Shown: piece by piece, positions 35,555-44,740 of the stretch
Numbering within the stretch: the first letter of the stretch is position 1
Layout: the number at the start of each line of letters is the position of its first letter
The notes under the pieces: model-generated
The model's input: the letters and a program-made list of their open reading frames with translations, nothing else
Databases searched by the model: none
What the model was told of the DNA's origin: nothing
Position numbers and translations under genes: made by a program
Origin: Octopus bimaculoides
Lineage: Eukaryota
Direction of reading: 5' to 3'
NCBI RefSeq assembly: GCF_001194135.2
Contig: NC_068989.1
Coordinates: 79,027,364-79,072,103 of the forward strand
Length of the DNA: 44,740 nucleotides

Positions 35555-36487
35555 AACAAAGTTCGCAGTCCGGGCTGCAAAATGATTTTGCCAGCTCACT
35601 GCCTCGAACTAGTAAAATTCTTCTCAAAATTGCTGGTACTATGACTAAAGTAGAAACAATTATTTCGTTTATTATTATTATTTTTTAGTTTTGTTTTTCT
35701 ATTTTTTTTTCAGAAACTTTTGTTGTTTATTTATTGTAATAATTAGATGCGTTATATGGCTACCGATGTAGTACATATTATAAAAGATAATTACTGTAAA
35801 AAAAAAAATGTGATAATTAGGGATTAACATGAAAAGGAAGAAAAAAGAAAATGAACGCACAATCAAACAAAAATGCGACCTCATCAGTAAACAAACATTT
35901 GGAATGAAATATTATCAGTTATCAAAGAATAACTTAGTTACGTTTACACGAATTTTTTTTTTTTTTTTGCAATGTAATAATAACGTTGATACTGATTACA
36001 GTAAGGCTTAAGATAATCATACACACATACACAGAAATATAAATACAAACACAAACTCACACTCACAGATACACATTTACACATACATACAAGCCACATA
36101 TTTACATCATCTAAAAATTATCGACATTGGGCAATTTTTGTAACCAAGCAAGAACATCTGGCCGAGGAATTTAAAATGTTTTCTCATAATAGGCGGTAGC
36201 TTCATAGTTATGTTCTGTTTTAACATTTAATTATATTCGAGTATTTATTTTGTTACGTTGACCATTTATTTTTATCATGGATAAAACATCATTTTTATAA
36301 ATTAAGTTAAATGAGAACATTTGCTAATTTTACACCGCCAACCGTTATCTGTTTTTGGTCATCTTGCTGAATCCGTTTGTTTTCAAAAACGTCTTTGAAT
36401 GCGTTACTGAATGAAAGCAACGTAACATATTAAAGAAACTGAAGTAAGGAAAATAATCTCACATGTTCTTAGCTAAAGGTACAGCCA

Positions 36488-36610
36488 TAGTTCTGAAACC
36501 ATGCGGTTTCAGTGTGCAGCACCTTGGACAAGTGCCTTCCACCAGATCCCCGTGCTGGTTAATTCCTTAGGAGTGAATTTGGTGGGCGTAAAGTGAGCGG
36601 AAGTTCATCG

Positions 36611-36642
<32 letters not shown>

Positions 36643-36860
36643 TATACTTATGTATGTGTGTATATGGATGTGTGGGGGTAATTGTGTTTGATCTCTCACC
36701 ACTTGACAACCGTTGTTGATTTATTTATCTCTGTTACTTAGTGTTCGGCAAAAAGACATCCATAGATTAAGTATTAAACTTCAAATAAGTAAGTGGGGCT
36801 CTATTTGTTCCTCTATGGTCTCTAAGTCGGTGCTCAAACATGGCCTTAATCCAATGAATA
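36488..36860 (+). mobile_element. SINE family D (decayed)
   Basis: gcaccttggacaagtgccttc..internal (TATG)n..cacttgacaacc..tagtgttcggcaaaaagac. Confidence 0.7.
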
Positions 36861-37887
36861 AAACAAATGAATACATACATACGAACATACATATATACAT
36901 ACATATAGACAAACAGATAGCTACTGGCGCGCGCGCGCACACACACACATACGTACACTCACAATCATTGTAGTAAATACAACTCTGTCGTCTACCTTGT
37001 ATGGATACGAGAGATTACAATGAATGTTAAGCTCTCTCTGAAGATTTGACAATGCAATCAGATAAATAGATTTTCTTTAAATAATTTTTCATCGTCAATG
37101 AAATGCCCGTAAGATGATGCAACTAAATATTGTATTAACAAACTTGCTTGTTTTGTTTCTCTCTCTCTCTATCTTTCCATACATACATGCATGCATACAT
37201 ACATACATACATACATACATACATACATGCATACATGCATATGGTGGAGTTGTGTATTAGTTATATTCATTCGATACATAAATACACACACCCAAATGAT
37301 ATAGAAAACAAATGATGAAAAATTGCGTAATTGGAAAATAAATGAACGCAATATGGCAGGTCTGTCAGTGTCAGAGTTAACAGATTCAGAAGTTATATTT
37401 ACAATTGAATTAACAGTATGAGAACAGAATAGACTACGTTTTCTCATGACACCTGATAACAAAGAGTTGCTATTATTATAAAGTCTTTATGATTAGGATC
37501 GAATGACACATACACACACTGAAATTGCATATAGATATTTTATTCATTCATTGTTTTGGTCTTTCTCTTATTTTGTTTCCAATAATCAAATGTATTCACT
37601 CTTGTATTTAATATTTTTGTCTTACGTAGAATTGTGTCTCCTCTCGGGAATGACACATTTGAATATTTATAAGTGTTTAAAAACGTTTGCCTTTGGTTTG
37701 ACCTCTCCAGAAAAGAAACATAAAACGGATAGCTTATTAAAAGAAAATACATAAGGCAACAGATTAATACAACAAATTATGTATATAAATTATAGATTTC
37801 CATCATTTTAGCATAAAGATAGTTATTTTTAAAAGAGGTGGAACAGTAGGCGTTCTGGTCTCATTCAAATCTCTTCAAGGTAAATTC

Positions 37888-38188
37888 CAAGCGGAGAACT
37901 GGCAGAATAGTTAGCACGTAGGACAAAATACCTGGCGGCATTTCATCTGGCTTTGTTCTGAGTTCAAATTCTGTTGACGATTACTTTGCTTTTTATCTTT
38001 TCAGATTTGCTAAAATAAGTACCAATTGAGCATTGGGGTTCGATGTAATCGATAAACTCTCCTGCCCTAAAATGTCATGATTTGTATCAATATTAGAAAA
38101 CAAAAGAAGGCGGTGAGCTGGCAGAGTCGTTAGCACGCCGGCGAAAATGCTTTGCGTCATTTCACCAGTCTTTACGCTCTGAGTTCAT
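37888..38188 (+). mobile_element. Two tandem SINE-B copies (37888-38100 and 38109-38188)
   Basis: Each has its own gcgg.ga.ctggcaga head; no dimer linker between them. Confidence 0.75.
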
Positions 38189-38199
38189 AGATTATTTCC

Positions 38200-39200
38200 A
38201 TGCATCTTTGTCCTGGCAGAGCTCCCGAAGCGAACAAGAAGTTCGCAACAAGACTGTACAGATACGTCTATAGGAAGAGCAAGAAATGTTCGACCAGCAT
38301 CAGGGTAACCGAATCGGCTCTACTCGCTCTCGACTGTCGTTCTTTAGCTCCAAGTTCACCTTGATGAAGAAAATTAATTTTGATCGTAATTTTAAAGATA
38401 TTTAGAGTTGTTACATCATTTCATTTGTCCTTCCTTGTTTAAAGCTGTTGGATGTGATTTGTGCGGAGATTCTTCTTCCATTTCTTGTAGGTAGAGTGAC
38501 CTGGTTGAGGCTCTGTCAAGCTATAAGGCTTGAGTTGAGGGAGAGTTGGTTGCTGTTTCTAGCACGTTAACCGACAGCGCTGTGGATCCTTCAGAATGTA
38601 GGCTATGATTTGAAGGAAATTTAACTACAATTTCCAGCAGAATGAGTGAGCGCATTGCGATTCCCTGAGTCTCCTGGAGGATGTGATCTGAGGGATATTC
38701 GCCTACTATTTCTAACACACCAATCAACTTCTTTGAGCCACATTCAGACCGTATAATTCCATTTGAGAGGTGTTGGGTTACTTTTTCAGAGTCCTTCAGA
38801 CAACAGGACAAAATTTTAGCAATAGTAATTATTTCAAGAGGGTCGAGCGACCGCGTAGAAGCTTCTCCATCGTTGGCACATGTCAGTCAGTTGGTGCGCT
38901 TTATGGCGAAAGGAAAGCGCAAATATAGTCACCAAATTAATGGTTAAGAACGTTTTGTTGCTATTCATTGTTAAGGTAGCGTATAACAAAAACTTCGTAA
39001 GGGGATGGACACGGTTGACTGAGCTCATTGATATAAAGTATGAGATCCCCCAAAAAGAACCGCATATTATATATTTCATCCCACGTTCGTCGCCCTATAG
39101 TGAATCGTCAGCTACCACACAAAGTGGAAGGTGAGGCTAGAGAAATAGATGTTATTCTCCAATAAATCTTCTTAATAGTGGATGAGAAAGGCCAAATTAG
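38200..39200 (+). mobile_element. Highly decayed L1/Tx1-clade ORF2 C-terminal remnant
   Basis: EILLPFLVGRVTWLR..ESWLL, MVKNV..GWTRL and SYHTKWKVRLE resemble the FLWKGRVPLVR..MPWLL, IVKNV..WWTRL and YHLKRKVRVER motifs I recall for Tx1 ORF2. Many stops. Confidence 0.5.
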
Positions 39201-39429
39201 TGTGGTTAAATGGCTTTATCTGTAATTATTGACTGTAAACAGACATCAAGAGCTGGGAGAAAGTAAGCTTCTGGGTAGCAGTTAAGGGAAATCGTACTCA
39301 ATATATTTATGTAAAGTGGTATAACATTTTTATTTATTCAAAGCCGCATCTTAGCAGATCTCAATTTGAAGATTTTCGGCGTTGCTTTCCACCTGTAACA
39401 ACGTGAACAGAGGTGGAGCTATGGCTTTG

Positions 39430-39432
<3 letters not shown>

Positions 39433-39506
<74 letters not shown>

Positions 39507-39636
39507 NNNNNNNNNNNNNNNNNNNNNNNNNNNNNNNNNNNNNNNNNNNNNNNNNNNNNNNNNNNNNNNNNNNNNNNNNNNNNNNNNNNNNNNNNNNNNN
39601 NNNNNNNNNNNNNNNNNNNNNNNNNNNNNNNNNNNN

Positions 39637-39691
<55 letters not shown>

Positions 39692-39954
39692 TATACCAAC
39701 ATATATATGCCTGCATAAATATATATATACCCACACACACATACACACACGTACAGAGGTCCTGAAGCATGTATGTATGTGAATGCGCGTGATGTGCTTA
39801 TGTGTGTGTGTGTGTGTTTAGCGGGGTTTATCGTTCTTAGTTTATCATCCATTTTGGCAAACTTTGCAATTAATCTTCTCTTTCTCATAATTATACACGA
39901 TCAGACACCAACACACACACACACACTCACATACACACTCACACACACACACAC

Positions 39955-39990
<36 letters not shown>

Positions 39991-40010
39991 ATATNNNNNN
40001 NNNNNNNNNN

Positions 40011-40050
<40 letters not shown>
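39433..40050. repeat. (TA)n, (GATA)n, (CA)n microsatellites with N gaps
   Basis: Direct inspection. Confidence 0.95.
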
Positions 40051-40052
<2 letters not shown>

Positions 40053-40604
40053 ATACAGTAACACTCTTTGTCTTGCATGAAACAACCGGTCATTATACAT
40101 AAGTGAAAGAAAGAGAAGAGTTTTGCTTTTGTTTCTGTATTTCTTTTCTTCTTCTTTTTTCTAACTGATTTAATATTCGATAATGAATGCTTTCTTTCAG
40201 CCGTTTGCATACAGCTATGTAATGAGGGCGTGTTGTATTGACCTTTCATTGTATATGCAAGCCGAGTGGAGAAATGATCCAGTTACACGGTCAACAAAGA
40301 TCGAGTTCCGTCCATAAATCAGTAACAGAGTATAAGTTAAGTTAGTGTTAATGTGTTTAATATAGTCTACAGCAAATATCTACTTAAATATACTTATGCA
40401 GGTAGTTAAAAAAAAAAAGACATTGACTGATATTTTAACTTAAGCGGGAAATATAGGAGACAACTCTCTACATGTTTCGGTGTTATTGAACTTCTTCAAC
40501 GAACCCAAGATTTCGTCGTTCTTGCTGAAATAGCAATGAGAAAAACATTAAATAGATTCAATGCAAATTGTACAAAAATTGCGTGAGAATTTGGCGCATT
40601 GGCG

Positions 40605-41043
40605 CACGCATGGCTGTGTGGTTTAGAACCTCGCTTTGCACCCATGTGACTTCGGGTTCAGTCCTTCTGTGTGCTGCACCTTGGGCAACTGTCTTCTAAT
40701 ATATCACCCAAGTTGACCAAAGCCTTCTAAGTTAATTTGGTAGAAGGAAACTGTGTGGAAGCCCATCATATATGTGTGTGTGTGCCTGTCTTTCTGTCTG
40801 TCTGTATATGTGTGCGTGTCTTTGTGACTGTGTTTGTCTAGCACTCTCACCTCCACTCCGTACCACTAGACAACTGTGGTTTAAAAAAACATTTTTTTTT
40901 TACATCCCCGTAACTTAGCCGTTCAGTAAAACGACCTGAAGAAATAAATACCAGACTTTAAAATGAATTACCGGGATTCATTTGTTCGGAAACAAAAGAT
41001 GCGTCAAGGCAGTGTTCATGCATGGCCACAGTCAAGTGACTGA
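40605..41043 (+). mobile_element. SINE family D, near full length
   Basis: ggcgcacgcatggctgtgtggtttagaac head; catccccgtaacttagccgttcag and catggccacagtcaagtgactgaa tail. Confidence 0.8.
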
Positions 41044-41639
41044 AGCACGTAAAAAAGGCAAAAGAGAAAAAAATAATATTTAATTACAATATTTCTTTTC
41101 TAAAAAACATCAGTCAAATATTTTGCTCTGCGACATCTATTTCTTATATGTAATTGGCTCAGTCCGCTTAGATGTAAATAAGGATCATATTACTTCTCGG
41201 TGCAAGAATTTAAAAGAATTTGCTTAATTTGCTTTTACTTGCATTTTCGTGTTCTTTTATTCAAATTCTTACATAGATCTGTAAATGCAAAGAATATCCA
41301 AAGCAGTGCATTTGAGCCAACGTGGAAGAATCAATGTGGCTACTCAACTTGCTAAAAATATCAAATAAATCTCATTCAGAACACAGTTTGCCGTCTTAGA
41401 AAAGAACATATTGGATAATGTGGCCCTGGTAATAAACGGAATAGTCACGGCTAGAATGGTTACAATGCCTTTGGTTTAACTTGAGTTGAGCTGGGCTAAG
41501 CAACAACAACATCAGCTATAACATCGGAATACCGCTCCCGTTGATTCAATTATTCAGTAATCGGGTCCTTGTCTATGCGTCCTATTTAGGTTGAGTGTAA
41601 GAATTATGAAATTTTAGGTCACTGGCTCTCTGAAACTGG

Positions 41640-42210
41640 AAGGTACCCTACGCTATCCTTATCCAGATACTAAGCGAATACTCTATCTTGATAAGTTCAA
41701 GATAACTCCATTTTGTTGGCCCTTATCAACAGTGAGGTATTTGGAAGGATGTTACATTCGCATATCTTATAGATTAACCATCCACAACTCCCACTTGAAT
41801 CTGAAGTCTCATTATAGACTCCTTCTATTGCATAAGAACGGGTCATTCCCAAAAGCTCTTGTAGACAACAGAAGTCCAACCATCCAGCTCCAGTCGATGC
41901 ATAAGCGTGCCAAGAGTCTGAAGGCACCACTTTCGTTGTTGTTTACGTCCAGTAATTCCAATTTATTGTCCAGTTCCAGGAAAATAGTCAATACTTCAAG
42001 ATCCAAAACGTTCTGAAATGGCACTGCAACCCATCTGATCTTCTTCAAATAAAAGACGTGTAGACCATGTAGTCATCAAATAAGGGCACGAGTACGTGCA
42101 TCCCAGAAATTTCGATTTCACTGATGGCGACCAGATCTAGATCTAGTGACTTAAGTTTGCTGAGCAAGTGAACTTGCTTATAAGCTAACTCCAAGCCACA
42201 TGCACTTAAC
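41640..42210 (-). mobile_element. Decayed L1/Tx1-clade AP endonuclease fragment
   Basis: LSACGL..LLSKLKSLDLDLVAISE resembles NxxGL..D(I/V)xxxQE. Continues LDLEVLTIFLELDNKLELLDVN..AFRLLA, YASTGAG and YLD. Confidence 0.7.
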
Positions 42211-42899
42211 AATTTACAAAAGCAGTGAGAGAGGTCGTTAATTTTGGTTGTGGAGAAGAACTAGTAATCTATTCTTATAGATAAAGGTATGTGTGTGCAC
42301 ATCCTGAAAACGCCTATCTTCTCTATTCCGGAAAATTCACATGTGATTTTTCGTCTTGCGTTTTAGGGGAAATCTCTTGACTCTTTCAGCAGAAATCGAT
42401 TTCCTGGTCTTTGAAAGACGAGCTTTTCTGAAAATAATATACAAAAGATACAGTATTTCTACTCTAATTGTTTACAGAGTTTGTTTTCTATGTACTTTCA
42501 ATGACGTACACGTCCCGTTCACTTCTTTTCAGGCTAGCTTCACTTTCATCATTCACTACACTTTATTTAAGGTAGAAGCACTATTGCTTACTATTCAATT
42601 CTTCATGGTAATCTAGTTCATTAAAACTCAACGATTTCTCTTTTATTCTAATATCAATTTGCCTGATACTTAGAACGACAGAGCTGGTCCTGTGTGTTCT
42701 GATGCTCCAGAACACACAGGGTCATGCTAAATTTCGGAGCTCTTAGATATATGTATATATATTTAAGTTCTATAACGAGGGAAACTGCAAACGTATGGAA
42801 AAAGTGTATATTACCATATACAAGCTAAAGAGATCAGTTCAAACACAAAATAAACCTTTCAAATCCGTGCTTTGGATTTAGACACAAGGCCGATATTTG

Positions 42900-43080
42900 C
42901 TGAAGGCGCGTGGCTTAGTGGTTAGGGTGTTGGACTCATGATTGTAAGATTGTGATTCGGTACTTGAACCAGGCGATGCGTTGTTTTTGAGCAAAACACT
43001 TAATTTCACATTGGTCTGGTTCGCCCACCTAACAAAAATGAGTAAGACGGTGAAGTTGCGACAGGCCTGGTAATCCCCCA
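42900..43080 (+). mobile_element. SINE family C variant; its tail module also occurs alone at about 32876-32995
   Basis: gaaggcgcgtggcttagtggttagggtgttggactcatgat head, CORE-like domain, aaaaatgagtaa..gcgacaggcc tail. Confidence 0.75.
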
Positions 43081-43419
43081 ATGGATAGTGAAGCTGCCTA
43101 AAACAAGAAATAGAAGAGGACTTCTGGGATGACTCGCCATAGCCCTAACCTGGTGTGGAGTGTTACCTTTTTTTTTTAACCGACGATATTTTGGGGTAGG
43201 GGGTTTATCGATATCATTGACTTCAGCACTAGATAGTTAGTTAATTTTATCAACCACGGAAAGATGGTCTCCGTAAGATTTGAAATCGCCAAAAACACAC
43301 CGAATCTCACAATGATGCCCCTACGATACAATCAACAAATGTGTTCAAGCCAAGTAGTAATTCATTTCCATCGAGCCTTCAAGAATTTAGGTGGCATTAT
43401 AAATATTATTATTATCATT

Positions 43420-43507
43420 GAGCGAGAGAGCAGTGCATGCCATCAAAGTAACACTGGGGTAAGATATACGAAGCCCATTCCCATCATGATCCCCCGTCTG
43501 ATAGGGG

Positions 43508-43508
<1 letters not shown>
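43420..43508 (-). mobile_element. 89-bp insert between (TTA)n tracts, putative retroelement 3' end
   Basis: On the minus strand: (AAT)n, insert ending catgcactgctctctcgctc, then AATGATAATAATAAT. Long (TTA)n at 43509-43563. Confidence 0.45.
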
Positions 43509-43564
<56 letters not shown>

Positions 43565-43737
43565 TCTACTGACGCTATTATTTTGCTTTTTAAGGGAACT
43601 GGGTCATATCATTGTATTACGTGAAAAGAGTTCGATATATGTCTAAAATATATTCACACGTTCTACTCTCATAAACGCAGAGCTAAAGTTATTCTTATAA
43701 AGATGAATATATGTGTTTGTCTATGTGTGTTTATAAG

Positions 43738-43771
<34 letters not shown>

Positions 43772-44740
43772 NNNNNNNNNNNNNNNNNNNNNNNNNNNNN
43801 NNNNNNNNNNNNNNNNNNNNNNNNNNNNNNNNNNNNNNNNNNNNNNNNNNNNNNNNNNNNNNNNNNNNNNNNNNNNNNNNNNNNNNNNNNNNNNNNNNNN
43901 NNNNNNNNNNNNNNNNNNNNNNNNNNNNNNNNNNNNNNNNNNNNNNNNNNNNNNNNNNNNNNNNNNNNNNNNNNNNNNNNNNNNNNNNNNNNNNNNNNNN
44001 NNNNNNNNNNNNNNNNNNNNNNNNNNNNNNNNNNNNNNNNNNNNNNNNNNNNNNNNNNNNNNNNNNNNNNNNNNNNNNNNNNNNNNNNNNNNNNNNNNNN
44101 NNNNNNNNNNNNNNNNNNNNNNNNNNNNNNNNNNNNNNNNNNNNNNNNNNNNNNNNNNNNNNNNNNNNNNNNNNNNNNNNNNNNNNNNNNNNNNNNNNNN
44201 NNNNNNNNNNNNNNNNNNNNNNNNNNNNNNNNNNNNNNNNNNNNNNNNNNNNNNNNNNNNNNNNNNNNNNNNNNNNNNNNNNNNNNNNNNNNNNNNNNNN
44301 NNNNNNNNNNNNNNNNNNNNNNNNNNNNNNNNNNNNNNNNNNNNNNNNNNNNNNNNNNNNNNNNNNNNNNNNTATATATATATATATATATATCATATAT
44401 ATCCATTCACGCACACATATACACACCTATATATATGTATATATATGTAGGTACACACGCACACACACATGAATTTAGGTAAAAATGGCACAATAAGCCC
44501 AATAAAATGTACACAATTGGATCGTAGTCCGTATATTACCAGTTCCATTCTTTATGTTATACATACATGCATACATACATACATACATACATACATACAT
44601 AAACCCCCCTACACACATGTATCTTAAATATATAGATACATAGTGTCATAAAAACTTGTACATACATGTTTAGGTGCGTATACCTTTGGTGAATGCAATT
44701 TTGTATACGCCCGTATATATATATATATATATATATATAT

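Noticed and set aside
38624-38639. ZNF143/SBS-like ACTACAATTTCCAGCA
   Set aside because: Single imperfect match inside a decayed LINE remnant.
40201-40317. Strong acceptor then PFAYSYVMRACCIDLSLYMQAEWRNDP.., faintly like a Cys-loop receptor LYLxQxWxDP motif
   Set aside because: The spacing is off by one, there is no good donor before the in-frame stop, and no other receptor exons were seen.
41812-42048. LRR-like reading KLELLDVNNNES
   Set aside because: Better explained as part of an L1/Tx1 AP endonuclease, with colinear APE motifs on both sides.
12383-43080. tRNA-like sequences with A/B boxes
   Set aside because: All are SINE heads continuing into SINE bodies and tails; none forms a complete cloverleaf gene.

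Overview
AT-rich, microsatellite-dense and gap-ridden eukaryotic DNA. The SINE families, LINE clades and abundance of (TA)n/(TACA)n/(GATA)n arrays resemble a short-read Octopus (coleoid cephalopod) assembly; this is an inference, not a database result. No intact protein-coding gene, rRNA, true tRNA or CRISPR array can be supported, and nearly all long ORFs in the supplied track are microsatellite or N-gap artefacts. The window is mostly transposon debris: (1) five coding fragments of R4/Dong-clade retrotransposons (restriction-like endonuclease, RLE) plus one putative Dong 3' end; (2) one BovB-like RTE and two Expander/Rex3-like RTE 3' ends; (3) two decayed L1/Tx1 ORF2 pieces; (4) a truncated Tc1, a truncated mariner and two TA-flanked MITEs; (5) about 30 tRNA-derived SINE copies in four families, labelled A-D here (my labels). 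The best second-look items are a Dong-like element bounded by (TACA)n at both ends while a sister fragment sits in (TAA)n, a dimeric SINE moved as one unit (17-bp TSD), and a few unexplained non-repetitive islands that could be exons or promoters. I found no convincing wholly new biological system. Boundaries of decayed elements are approximate, to within tens of bp.
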